This document shows, piece after piece, positions 37,426 to 46,948 of a DNA stretch of 64,000 nt. Origin of the DNA: a virus (taxonomy: Duplodnaviria; Caudoviricetes); IMG/VR virus record IMGVR_UViG_3300031953_000001; one strand, given 5' to 3'. The notes below the pieces were generated by a model. That model searched no databases. It was given only the letters and a program-made list of their open reading frames with translations, and was not told where the DNA came from. Numbering within the stretch: the stretch's first letter is position 1; every line of letters starts with the position of its first letter. A program made the position numbers and the translations under genes.

Positions 37426-37732
37426 TGTCGTGTGTATACTCCTTTAATTGCTGGAAACCCCTGAGAGCTTCATCGACCACAACGTGGCTGGAAACGGCGA
37501 GCGTGACGGTTCAAAAACGATGAGGATTGGGCAATCAGCAGCGAAGCTCCTGTAAAATGGAGAACGTTCAACGACTATCGCCGGCGGGCGAGTAGAACCC
37601 GAGTGGGTTCGAAATAGGGAGGGTCCTAACTCTAAACGAGAAGGATCAAGATATAGTCTCGACGTCCAGTGAAAGCTGGAGCTGCAGATCGTGCTGCGGG
37701 GTGGATTTAACGTATCCACCTGAAGATTTTTG

Positions 37733-37918
37733 TTTGACGGCGACGAAATGAATGTTGAGCTTTTGCTCGACCAGGTAGAACTAAAAGCGTTCAGTCGTCT
37801 GGCTCCTCACATGGGCGTACTGGATACCCACGCACCGTTCAAGATTTCAGGCAACATCAAGCTTCCTGGACCTGTGATGTCTACCGTGGTGTCGTGGATG
37901 CACCATGGCGAGGAATAA
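37733..37918 (+). CDS. nvRNAP beta' N-terminal subunit, exon 2 (phiKZ gp56.1-like)
   Basis: Begins TTT GAC GGC GAC GAA ATG AAT (FDGDEMN). Confidence 0.9.
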   Translation, partial: FDGDEMNVELLLDQVELKAFSRLAPHMGVLDTHAPFKISGNIKLPGPVMSTVVSWMHHGEE

Positions 37919-37966
37919 ACACATCAATGACCCCGAACAACCCGTACCGTTTGATAAAGGAGGACC

Positions 37967-38590
37967 GTGCGAATGCCTCAATTCTATACCGGTGACAACG
38001 ACACGTTCGATGCGTTTGCGCACGGTGAGGTTCACCCCGAAACCGCCCGCTACCTAGAGAACATGATACAACAACCCACCCAAGCTATAGGCGCAGCCAG
38101 TCAAGCACTGATGAGTCAATCGGCAGAGCTATACGATCGGTTCATGGGTTCCACCGCCATGCGTCGCATTCGTGCCGCCGGTCGTCAGATTGCCAGTCAT
38201 TGGCAACGCGACACCATCATGCCAATAACGACCCCCGCACAACTCCAGACGGCACCTATGTCTATGCATCGATGGCTGATGGCGGAACCAACGGTGCGGG
38301 CTTTGTACCACGAGCAGCAATGCGATGGGTACAGCGATACTTACGTAGACGCCGAACCCGGACGTCGGGGCGTAGACCACAGCGACTATCGTCGTGTGAT
38401 GGACGGTATTGTTGAGATGGACGAAGACGGCGGTTGGTCGTCTACGGAATATCTGGACGAGCTCCCAGAGAACGAGAAAGAGTTCTTGTTTGAGGAGCAA
38501 TTCGATCTTCTGCGCAGTTGGCACACCATGGCTGCAGCTGTTATGGCCAAGAAGGACGATCCTACCTCACCGTGGAACGCTGAACTGTAA
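37967..38590 (+). CDS. Conserved core protein (phiKZ gp59-like)
   Basis: SD AAGGAGG; C-terminal DPTSPWN; synteny. Confidence 0.65.
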   Translation: MRMPQFYTGDNDTFDAFAHGEVHPETARYLENMIQQPTQAIGAASQALMSQSAELYDRFMGSTAMRRIRAAGRQIASHWQRDTIMPITTPAQLQTAPMSMHRWLMAEPTVRALYHEQQCDGYSDTYVDAEPGRRGVDHSDYRRVMDGIVEMDEDGGWSSTEYLDELPENEKEFLFEEQFDLLRSWHTMAAAVMAKKDDPTSPWNAEL

Positions 38591-38594
38591 CCAT

Positions 38595-38628
38595 TGTAGG
38601 TGGGGCTAAAACCTCACCTACATTTTTT
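38595..38628 (+). terminator. Intrinsic terminator
   Basis: TGTAGGTGGGG-ctaaaa-CCTCACCTACA followed by TTTTTT. Confidence 0.7.
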
Positions 38629-38633
38629 GTTCA

Positions 38634-39266
38634 ATGGACAGCAAAGGTATGTTAGGCAACATAGAGTCGTTTAAAGAAACGCCGCTGCCGGTGGTCAAAC
38701 CCGCGCCTGTGTATTTGATGAAGGACGTTCTGGTCGCCTTGACCGAACCCGACCGAGAGTTGACTTACGGCCTGCCATTTTGTGAAGTAATAGAGGGCAT
38801 ACCCCAGTGGATGATCGGTACCCAGGACCCACAGTACATCTATCGTGAGATAAAGGCATCTTTGCACGCCATGAATCTTACTTATACCCATTTGAATGGA
38901 CGTCTGATTTATCGGGCCCGTCCGATTACCCGTAGGAGAATCCCGATGGCTTACAGTGGTCTGTTGGTTAACCGAATGAAGCAGTTAGCTGCCGACAGTG
39001 CTGGCGATACCTTTGACCCTAAGTTAGCAATAAAACTCTATCAAATGCTGGGCGATTCTGGTCGCGCGGTGTTGGTTGATCATTTGACCAACGGTCCCAT
39101 CATCAATGCGAATTACGAGATGGAGGGGTATCAGTCCGGACTGGTGACCATCGGGTTACTGACTCGGTGTGTGATCAAAGGTAAGACCGGTTTAACGGTA
39201 GCCAATGAGTTGGCTCTGCGTGTATACAACGCAGCTCTAGACGAAAAGAAGGATCGGACAAAATGA
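38634..39266 (+). CDS. Hypothetical protein
   Basis: 210-aa ORF overlapping the next start (ATGA). Confidence 0.6.
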   Translation: MDSKGMLGNIESFKETPLPVVKPAPVYLMKDVLVALTEPDRELTYGLPFCEVIEGIPQWMIGTQDPQYIYREIKASLHAMNLTYTHLNGRLIYRARPITRRRIPMAYSGLLVNRMKQLAADSAGDTFDPKLAIKLYQMLGDSGRAVLVDHLTNGPIINANYEMEGYQSGLVTIGLLTRCVIKGKTGLTVANELALRVYNAALDEKKDRTK

Positions 39267-39658
39267 CTCGACTTCCAACTCTCACCACCGCAGGCTGGGT
39301 CGACGACGTCGTCACCATGTCTGCAAAGTTGATCGATTACTTTTTGGTCAGCGAACACAGTCAAACTCAACTCTATCGGGGGAATATCACCTCGATGACG
39401 TACCTGGTTCAGCGATATGGCAGCGAACCTTCGGCCTTGGCCGATCACACCCGCTCGCAATTATACAACTACCTGAGTCACTACTTTGACGAAGTCCAGG
39501 TCAACACCGACGCTGACAACTTAGATTCGGCGAATGGACGATACAATCTGCGTATCGACGTGATGTTGACCAAAGACGGACAACAACACAGTTTAGGACG
39601 CCTATTAGAAATTGGCGATTCCCGTATCTTAGGCGTGACCGACTCAGCCTACCGTTAA
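39263..39658 (+). CDS. Conserved core protein (phiKZ gp61-like)
   Basis: LPTLTTAGWV...DYFLVSEHSQTQLYRGNITSM pattern; synteny. Confidence 0.65.
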   Translation: MTRLPTLTTAGWVDDVVTMSAKLIDYFLVSEHSQTQLYRGNITSMTYLVQRYGSEPSALADHTRSQLYNYLSHYFDEVQVNTDADNLDSANGRYNLRIDVMLTKDGQQHSLGRLLEIGDSRILGVTDSAYR

Positions 39659-39671
39659 AAGGAAGTCTTTT

Positions 39672-40364
39672 ATGTTGACGAACACCCAACGCATGACCCT
39701 GATCAACCGATTGCAAGTGTTGCAGCAAGAAATTGCCAACGTCACCCAAACCTTGATCGATAACCCCTGTCCGTTGAGCGAGTCAGAGTTGGATAAAGTA
39801 GCCGAGTCCATATTGAAGAACGGCGCGGTTATGCAACTTTCCAGTCTGGAATATCAGTTGAAGGTCGGCATGGACGACAGCGTGTTGGCCACGTATCACC
39901 CACGCGCCCCAGCCAACAAAGTGAGAGCTTACAACTCGCAAATCGACGATCAGACACTTACCGTCTTTGAACGGCTGATTGAAACTGGGCAGTACGTGAT
40001 GCCGGACGGCGATGAGGCTGCAGAGGCGTTCTGTATTCGAATTGTCAACGGTAAGGCCGCAGTGGAACCGCCCAAGGACAACTCGACCGTGGCTAAGGCT
40101 GTGGTCGATGAAGAACCTAAAGACAAAGAACTCAAGGCGTTGTGGGAAATCACGGTTACTGACGAAGAACCAGCCAACCCTATCCTTAAGATCGGACCTA
40201 ACCGGGTTGTGCGTCAGAAGGTCGACGGTGAGACTCTGGAACAACATCTGGAGATGTGTGGTACGTCGCGCATCGTCTTTGAAGAACAGATCGCAGAGCT
40301 GCGTGAGAAAATGGCTCCGGGCGTCGTGTGTTGGGTGCATCTGGTCGAGTCTAACCTCAGTTAA
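39672..40364 (+). CDS. Hypothetical protein
   Basis: 230-aa ORF, SD AAGGA. Confidence 0.65.
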   Translation: MLTNTQRMTLINRLQVLQQEIANVTQTLIDNPCPLSESELDKVAESILKNGAVMQLSSLEYQLKVGMDDSVLATYHPRAPANKVRAYNSQIDDQTLTVFERLIETGQYVMPDGDEAAEAFCIRIVNGKAAVEPPKDNSTVAKAVVDEEPKDKELKALWEITVTDEEPANPILKIGPNRVVRQKVDGETLEQHLEMCGTSRIVFEEQIAELREKMAPGVVCWVHLVESNLS

Positions 40365-40424
40365 AGCGGACGGATGTGCTTGATATATTGAGAAAAGACA
40401 CCATTTTGACACGGGAGTAAACTC

Positions 40425-40946
40425 ATGTCACAGACAGATGAGAAGTCGCTGGATGCGATCTTAGAGAGCGCTAAAAAGGACCTGGCCAAGATCACTGAGA
40501 AAGAGTTCACGGCCAAACTGTTGCCGATACTCACCAACACTGGCGAAAGCGCCAACCTGGAAGCGTGGCTGGACACAGCGGGTTCTTGGCAGAGATCCAT
40601 CGCCGTCACCGACCCCACGGGTAAAGATGTGTTGTTTATTGTACCGGCGTTGATTGGCGGAACAGGGAAACCGGTATTGCAACGTGGCGATAACTCGGCC
40701 TACGAGCTTATAGAGAATGCTCAGCGTAAGATGCGGGTTGTCCCAAGGGCAGGCGATGAAATGCTCATCAACGGCCTCAGAGAGCGCGTCAGCATCGATG
40801 GCGACCGTGCCGAGGCCATTAAGGTGTGGAACTACATCTATCGCCGCTACGGCTATACGGATTTGCTGATGCCGGAGGCGCATTCGGAAGACGAAGTTGT
40901 CGACAATGGCAGCAACTCCGCTTTCTCTGGATACGACGAGGCCTGA
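40425..40946 (+). CDS. Conserved core protein (phiKZ gp62-like)
   Basis: EKEFTAKLLP...WLDTAG...VLFIVPAL pattern; synteny upstream of the SbcD-like gene. Confidence 0.6.
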   Translation: MSQTDEKSLDAILESAKKDLAKITEKEFTAKLLPILTNTGESANLEAWLDTAGSWQRSIAVTDPTGKDVLFIVPALIGGTGKPVLQRGDNSAYELIENAQRKMRVVPRAGDEMLINGLRERVSIDGDRAEAIKVWNYIYRRYGYTDLLMPEAHSEDEVVDNGSNSAFSGYDEA

Positions 40947-42064
40947 TGCTCAATCAAGCGCTTAACATCGCCGTGTTCTCCGATGTCCACTTAGGACATA
41001 GACGAACACCAACCGAGTCGATCATCGAAAACCTGAAACGCGATATTCCTGACACCGCTGCCACCGCGGACTTAGACGTTCTGTTCATTCCAGGCGATCT
41101 GTTTGACCGCCTGTTGAATTTGCCAGACAACACCGTCTACGAGATCCACGCTTGGATAGCTCGCTTGTTGAAGATCTGCAAACGCCGAGACATAGTGCTG
41201 CGGGTATTAGAAGGCACGCCGTCTCATGACTGGAAACAGAGTCGTTTGGTGGAAAGCATCAATGTAGACGTAGGGATTGGGGCAGACGCACGGCACGTGC
41301 CGGAGTTGTCCATTGAGCACCACGAACGGTTTGGTATGGACATTCTGTACCTACCCGACGAGTGGTCAAGCGACAACGACGATACCTGGAAGCAAGTGCG
41401 CCAACTGATGGCCGAGCACCGCTTAGACCAAGTGGACTTTGTGATGATGCACGGGCAATTCCCGTATCAGCTACCTCCCCACGTCAACGTTCCGACACAC
41501 GACCCCGATCGGTATGCAGATCTTGCTCGTCACTATGTGTTTTGCGGACACGTACACATCCCCAGTCGCTACCGGAACATTCTGGTGCCTGGCTCGTACG
41601 ACCGTCTTACTCATGGGGAAGAGCACGCTAAGGGACACTGGCGTCTTCGGGTCGATCCGAACGGCGACGACAGCGTTGTGTTCCACGAGAACACCGGCGC
41701 TACTCTGTACCGAAGCATTGACTGCACTGGGTTAGAGATGGATGCGGCCTTGGCGATGATTGAGCGTGAATTGGTCGCCTTACCGGACGGAGCTCATACT
41801 CGCATTGTAGCCGATCGCAATGACCCAGTGGCCGCTTCCTTAACGGTACTTCAGCGTAAGCACCCGGAGTTTCGTTGGACCAGTAAATTGCAGAACAAAA
41901 GCAAGTCAGGAAAAGAGATGTTGCAGGATATGCGGGCCAAGTATCAGACCAAACCCATCACCGCTCGAACGATCAATGAGATGGTGGCGGATCGGCTGAA
42001 ACGAATGGACTGCGATGAGTCGACTATACATCAGTGCATGACTGCGCTGACTGAGGTCCACTAA
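40946..42064 (+). CDS. SbcD/Mre11-like metallophosphoesterase nuclease
   Basis: SDVHLG, PGDLFD, EGTPSHD, MHGQF and CGHVH motifs; the ATG overlaps the upstream TGA. Confidence 0.9.
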   Translation: MLNQALNIAVFSDVHLGHRRTPTESIIENLKRDIPDTAATADLDVLFIPGDLFDRLLNLPDNTVYEIHAWIARLLKICKRRDIVLRVLEGTPSHDWKQSRLVESINVDVGIGADARHVPELSIEHHERFGMDILYLPDEWSSDNDDTWKQVRQLMAEHRLDQVDFVMMHGQFPYQLPPHVNVPTHDPDRYADLARHYVFCGHVHIPSRYRNILVPGSYDRLTHGEEHAKGHWRLRVDPNGDDSVVFHENTGATLYRSIDCTGLEMDAALAMIERELVALPDGAHTRIVADRNDPVAASLTVLQRKHPEFRWTSKLQNKSKSGKEMLQDMRAKYQTKPITARTINEMVADRLKRMDCDESTIHQCMTALTEVH

Positions 42065-42918
42065 TGAGACAATCGGAAGATATCTTAGCCGAACGGGAAA
42101 TGGGTCAGTATCCGATCTCGATAGGAACGTCGTTAGCTCTTGAGGGAGCTAACGGCGTTTACCCAGACCGTGAAGAAACCCCACCCCCGATCTTACAGTA
42201 CAACCGCCTGTGGGTTAATGTGGCCACTCTGTTCCGTAACCTCTTCAACAGCATGACCGCTGAAGAGCAGGATCGAGTGATCGCCAGAGATCTGAGCATT
42301 GCCCTGGCATCTGAGTTGGGTCCTATAGACGCTGCGGTAGCGGATGTGGCGGGACGTAAGGTCAAGGTGACCTTCTACCTGAACCAACTCACTCGAATGG
42401 CGGTGTGGTTTCCTAAGGCCAACTTAAAGAAGCCCACCACCCCCAAGCAACGGATCTTTGCTGGGCTGATGGCTGAGACCTTGTCTTTATTACCCAACTA
42501 CCTGGAAGACATAGATTACCGTTACGCCGATGGGCCATTGGAGGGCGACGGTCGGGCGCTGATCCTCACGCACAGCGCGGTTGATTTGCTCTCAACCTAT
42601 CGGTTTGATGAGTTAGTGTTGTTGGAATCGCACACCGGTAAATTGAAACCTAAGTCGCAATGGGGCACTAAGCTCGGGGCTAAAGATGAGACCATGCCGT
42701 TCAATGCGTTTACGCTGCAAGTCTTCGGTGATGGGTCAACGCACTTTTCACCGATGTCGATTAAATATCGACGCGCGGTCCTAGAGGTCGCAAAGAAAGA
42801 TCGTTGGGTTAGTGTCACTACCTTGGCGAAAATCAGAATGGGCGTGAACACCATTAAGGACCCTCAGATAAAAGACGATCTGATAACCCTGATGGACGAC
42901 ACGTCATTTCCTACATAA
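42064..42918 (+). CDS. Conserved core protein (phiKZ gp66-like; possible 5'-3' exonuclease-like fold)
   Basis: REMGQYPISIGTSLALE...WVNVATLFRN and LLESHTGKLK motifs; synteny. Confidence 0.6.
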   Translation: MRQSEDILAEREMGQYPISIGTSLALEGANGVYPDREETPPPILQYNRLWVNVATLFRNLFNSMTAEEQDRVIARDLSIALASELGPIDAAVADVAGRKVKVTFYLNQLTRMAVWFPKANLKKPTTPKQRIFAGLMAETLSLLPNYLEDIDYRYADGPLEGDGRALILTHSAVDLLSTYRFDELVLLESHTGKLKPKSQWGTKLGAKDETMPFNAFTLQVFGDGSTHFSPMSIKYRRAVLEVAKKDRWVSVTTLAKIRMGVNTIKDPQIKDDLITLMDDTSFPT

Positions 42919-42945
42919 CTACCTAATCCTCTAGGAGGACGTCCC

Positions 42946-43671
42946 ATGGATCAGAATCAGAAGCCCATTTTACTCGACGACAAGAAGTTTGCACTGTACG
43001 GTAAACCCACTGAAGGTGGACGTGGGTCCCCAAAGATGCAATTCGGTGTGTTCCGCGGCAACCCGAACATCTCGGTGTTCACCAACGATCCTGCCGATCC
43101 TGAGAAGAAACCCATCCGCGCGGCGATGGACCCGATCATCTGGGGTGGCTTCATTCAGACGTTGATTGATGCCGCTACGGCGGAACCGAACTTCCAACGT
43201 CGACTGCTTAACCGCAAAGGTCCCCCGCAGAAGACCTTTGTCGACAGCATGACCATCATTGGTAAGGACGGGGAAGGTGTGGTGTACCTTGCCATTCAAA
43301 CCCAAAACCGTCCTACCAAGAAAATCCCACTCTTACCTGGCATCTACGCTGACTTAGCAGACGATCAAGGCAACCCCATTCCAGACGCTGAGAAGTCTCG
43401 TGTGTTTGCTTTGGGTTTGGCGAAAACGTTGGATGCTCAGATGCAAGCGTTCATGCGTGAGACGTACGAACCCGCACAGCCCCCTCAGGGTGCAGCAGCC
43501 GGTAACCGTGGTGGTTACGGTGGCGGCGGACAAGGCGGCGGACAACAAGGCGGCGGACAACAAGGCGGCGGACAACGCGGCAGTTACGGCGGCGGACAAC
43601 CAGCACCTCAAGGCGGCAGTCAACCGGCACCTCAAAGTACCGGCGGCTTCGAAGACGACCTGCCTCTCTAA
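42946..43671 (+). CDS. chmC: ChmC-like nucleus-associated nucleic-acid-binding protein (phiKZ gp67 position)
   Basis: Directly upstream of the gp68-like gene; folded N-terminal domain plus a G/Q-rich low-complexity C-terminus. Confidence 0.6.
   Translation: MDQNQKPILLDDKKFALYGKPTEGGRGSPKMQFGVFRGNPNISVFTNDPADPEKKPIRAAMDPIIWGGFIQTLIDAATAEPNFQRRLLNRKGPPQKTFVDSMTIIGKDGEGVVYLAIQTQNRPTKKIPLLPGIYADLADDQGNPIPDAEKSRVFALGLAKTLDAQMQAFMRETYEPAQPPQGAAAGNRGGYGGGGQGGGQQGGGQQGGGQRGSYGGGQPAPQGGSQPAPQSTGGFEDDLPL
43522..43578 (+). repeat. Tandem GGCGGCGGACAA(CAA) repeat encoding GGGQ(Q)
   Basis: Four copies (12-15 bp unit) within the low-complexity tail. Confidence 0.85.
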
Positions 43672-43757
43672 GTGTCTCTCCAAGACCCAGGTCCGTTTGG
43701 GCCTTGGGTCTTGGTTAATGTCCCAATGGTCCGTTGGTTTTCTAAAAAAATAGAGTC

Positions 43758-43771
43758 ATATATCATCCAAG
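43758..43771 (+). promoter_or_regulatory. Putative phage promoter
   Basis: ATATATCATCCAAG upstream of the gp68-like gene. Confidence 0.6.
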
Positions 43772-43820
43772 TGTTGCAGTTGTTGGCCAACAACGAAACG
43801 CACTTTAGGAGAGTTAACGA

Positions 43821-45392
43821 ATGCAGATTATCGATGCAGGCGCTCAAGGCGAACCGTTTTCACGGATTTACACCGAACACAACGGCGAGAAGATGGCGTG
43901 GGATCTACAAAAGTTCTACGGTAAACCCACCAATGCCACAGTCGCCGGCGTATTTGAACTGATCAATGGTTACTGGTCCAGTCTACCCAGCAGCCGTCAA
44001 GACAAGATCTTCCGTATTTACGGTAAAGCCCGTCAGTGTCTGGACGACATCATTGATCCTAATCAACAACACATCGCATTGACGAGTGTGGTGAAAGCGC
44101 TGTACGACGAAATGCCGTTTGATGAAATTCAGTACTGGGCCCGCACCCACGGTAACATTCGTGTACCGCCGTCCATTAAGAGTAACTACTCCGAACTTGA
44201 AATCTCCGACCGCAATCAGGTGGGGCAAAACTACCAAGCTAAGACGTACCTTCGGGACGACTACTTGGAATTGGTGAACATGGCGCTGTTAATGAAGCCA
44301 ATGATTCCAATCTGGGCTGAGTACGGGCGTTTGCTGGAACAGGTGTCTAACACCAACAGTTTCCGTGAGTACCGAGCCATGTCGTTGCTGAACAACTCCA
44401 AAGCCGTGGGCACTGAGCCTATGGAGCGGTTACGGCGCTACGTGGAAACGGCCTCGTTGGATGCACGCACCGCCATGAGTGCAGCGTTAGGGGGCATAGG
44501 GTCTTCAGAGTTGCCAGACTGGTTAATGTCCATGGTGATCATCCGTAAGTTGGTGATCATTGAGTTGTCGTCGTATGAGGACAGCAACAACATCGTCAGT
44601 GTGGTGTATCATCACGTACGCAACACCATTAAATCGGTGGACCGTAAGTTTTCAGGGCGCATCCGAGATAAACCCCGGCCTCGGAACGAAGACGACGATG
44701 AAAACAAGTCGATCATCGAAACGTACAAAATCAAACAAGAGATCAGCGACGGCGATTTGATGGTACTGTCCATCTATACCGAGCAGACGCTGGCCATGAC
44801 TCGGCAGTTGTCTCCCGACATCCCCGAGAAGTTGGTGGATCGGTGTTTAAGTACCATCCGTGAGATTGAGCATCAGCAGCCCACAGAAGGGCAACTGACG
44901 CTCCTACGTTGGATACTGTCTTCGGTGATTCCCCCACGGTCGATCGACAACATCAGTAAGCCCTCGTTGATGTCGTGTTTCGCCGCAGCTCAAGCCACCC
45001 TATGGTACCATCAACAACCTGATCTGGCTTTGTTGTTGACCGCTCATGAGACCCGAGATTCCCAAGGTTACTTGATCGGCGGTATCGAATCTCGAAGTCG
45101 TATCCCAAAAGAGTTTGTGGATCGGTTTGTAGAACTCTACCCCCATTATCAGGAGAAGGGGGCCAAAGAACGAGAGCGGCAAACGAATGTCGCCTGTCGA
45201 GCCATCGACAACATTACTAAGGACTTTGTTAAATGCAACTGGGTCGTCCACGCCCCTAAGGAACTCATTAACATGGGTACCGCGATCGATGACAGCAAGG
45301 TGATGACTGCACCTTCTGATATCAAAACACAATTGTCCGTCCTAGTCCTCAGACTTGCCGAAGCGCAAGAGCTACTCCAGGAGCAACGTTGA
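43821..45392 (+). CDS. nvRNAP promoter-specificity (sigma-like) subunit, phiKZ gp68-like
   Basis: 523 aa; KTYLRDDYLEL and LMKPMIPIWAEY patterns; canonical position before gp69-gp70-gp71. Confidence 0.8.
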   Translation: MQIIDAGAQGEPFSRIYTEHNGEKMAWDLQKFYGKPTNATVAGVFELINGYWSSLPSSRQDKIFRIYGKARQCLDDIIDPNQQHIALTSVVKALYDEMPFDEIQYWARTHGNIRVPPSIKSNYSELEISDRNQVGQNYQAKTYLRDDYLELVNMALLMKPMIPIWAEYGRLLEQVSNTNSFREYRAMSLLNNSKAVGTEPMERLRRYVETASLDARTAMSAALGGIGSSELPDWLMSMVIIRKLVIIELSSYEDSNNIVSVVYHHVRNTIKSVDRKFSGRIRDKPRPRNEDDDENKSIIETYKIKQEISDGDLMVLSIYTEQTLAMTRQLSPDIPEKLVDRCLSTIREIEHQQPTEGQLTLLRWILSSVIPPRSIDNISKPSLMSCFAAAQATLWYHQQPDLALLLTAHETRDSQGYLIGGIESRSRIPKEFVDRFVELYPHYQEKGAKERERQTNVACRAIDNITKDFVKCNWVVHAPKELINMGTAIDDSKVMTAPSDIKTQLSVLVLRLAEAQELLQEQR

Positions 45393-46933
45393 TGTATACT
45401 TTTACTGTGTCCAGAATGCTGATGTTTGAAACAGCCCGGTACGACGACGTGTACTTACGTCCGTATCAAACGCAATTTGACCAACAGGTCTCTAATATCC
45501 TGTACGAATCCAGTGAGGGCGGGCGCAATTACACCCCAAGTTCGCTCGCCTCAGCGGCCAGCAGTTTCCTCAGACCCTCCACCGAAGCGTCGGTGCGAGC
45601 GAATCTGTCCAATGGGTTTGGTGAGAAGCGATTCAGCTTCATGATGGAAATCACCCTACCTACCCTGGGTCAATTCGGCGGTGGCATGCGCTACATCATC
45701 ACCGGATACACCAACCACCTAGGGGTGGCAAATGCCGCTGGTGGCATGCATCTTGATCCTAACATGCAGTTGTTCTTCAACAACGTGTTTGAGTTGCGTG
45801 ATACCTACGTACCTACCCCCCACGGTCAAGAGCACCAAGTCAACGTAGCCGGCAGTCGTCACGTTCTACACAACTCGGCGTCCATGGACTACATGCAATC
45901 GGCCCCCCCACAATACACCCTTCGTCCTGAGGATGTGATGGGAGAGTTGGAATACAGCGATCGGGCCTTCTCAGGCAGCGACGAAGTGGTGAATGGATTA
46001 GGGGTCTTGTCAGGCGTGCGGTTAAGCGATCGGTCTAACGAGAGCCGTCCTACGTACCTGGCTAAGACCATCAAATCGTTCAATCAGGCCTCCATTGAGA
46101 GCGATACTTACGGCGACATGTCGGGAGACGATCACGCCATCGATGGCAACAACGTGTGGAGTCACGCTCGTGATAAAGTGCGGGATAAGCCCCTGTCCTC
46201 GAACAAGTTCCTAATGACGGTAATGAACCAAACCCAATACGGACAGACTGGCGCGGTGAGTTACGCTGAACTGTGTCGGTTGCTGCCCGACCTAGATCCT
46301 AAGAACGAAGTGATCTTGGCGGGTGCTACGGCTAAAGCCAGCGAGTACCAACCTGGCCAAGGTGAGAGTTGGGCGTCCATGGCCCATGAGACCATTATGG
46401 CCTCTATCCTTCAGCAAATGACCCCGGCCATCATGTCGGATTGTTTGTTGACCCGGGTAGGGTTTGTGGCGACCAACGACACCATCGGTGGCATAGACGA
46501 CGTGCGTGTGGTGGATGCTAAGGGCTTTACCCACGGCATCGACTATTCTCGGTACATCGATCACTTCATCGGACGGTTGCAACGTGAGGTCCTTCAGGAT
46601 CTGAGTCACAACGGTCAAGTGCGGTACTCGGTAGAAGTCAGCATCAACCTGTTGCGCGACAGCTACTATCGGATCAGTCACGATGGCGGTCCGTTCGTCT
46701 ATCACAGCGCCCCATCCTTCTGCGATGGACTTTACTCACCGGTCGTCAGTGGCGATCACCACTCATTGGAGAACATGGCACAGGACGTCTCCACCATGTT
46801 GAACACCATCAATAGCGAACTGTACGTCGGACGTCAGACCAACACGCCCATCTACGGGGGCGATCCAAGCAACGTGCGGAGCAATCTCCCAGCCGTTGCA
46901 ATGCAACCATACACGGGCGATACGTCCATTTAA
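45389..46933 (+). CDS. picA: PicA/Imp1 phage-nucleus protein import factor (phiKZ gp69-like)
   Basis: 514 aa; YDDVYLRPY, NGFGEKRFSFMMEI and ITGYT patterns; synteny. Confidence 0.75.
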   Translation: MMYTFTVSRMLMFETARYDDVYLRPYQTQFDQQVSNILYESSEGGRNYTPSSLASAASSFLRPSTEASVRANLSNGFGEKRFSFMMEITLPTLGQFGGGMRYIITGYTNHLGVANAAGGMHLDPNMQLFFNNVFELRDTYVPTPHGQEHQVNVAGSRHVLHNSASMDYMQSAPPQYTLRPEDVMGELEYSDRAFSGSDEVVNGLGVLSGVRLSDRSNESRPTYLAKTIKSFNQASIESDTYGDMSGDDHAIDGNNVWSHARDKVRDKPLSSNKFLMTVMNQTQYGQTGAVSYAELCRLLPDLDPKNEVILAGATAKASEYQPGQGESWASMAHETIMASILQQMTPAIMSDCLLTRVGFVATNDTIGGIDDVRVVDAKGFTHGIDYSRYIDHFIGRLQREVLQDLSHNGQVRYSVEVSINLLRDSYYRISHDGGPFVYHSAPSFCDGLYSPVVSGDHHSLENMAQDVSTMLNTINSELYVGRQTNTPIYGGDPSNVRSNLPAVAMQPYTGDTSI

Positions 46934-46948
46934 GTTAGGAGAAGGCTT

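Larger units (their letters stand above)
36368..37732 (+). mobile_element. Group I intron interrupting the NADFDGD motif
   Basis: P1 with U36367-G36372 wobble; P AATTGCTGGAAA (37446), Q AATCAGCAGC (37533), R GTTCAACGACTA (37566), S AAGATATAGTC (37648); terminal G at 37732; splicing restores NAD|FDGD in frame. Confidence 0.92.

Noticed and set aside
37596-37625. GGGTTCGAAAT as a tRNA T-arm
   Set aside because: It is part of an intron peripheral hairpin (GAACCC-gagt-GGGTTC); no cloverleaf forms. No tRNA was found in the window.
37444-37719. 91-aa minus-strand ORF
   Set aside because: It lies entirely over the group I intron catalytic core.
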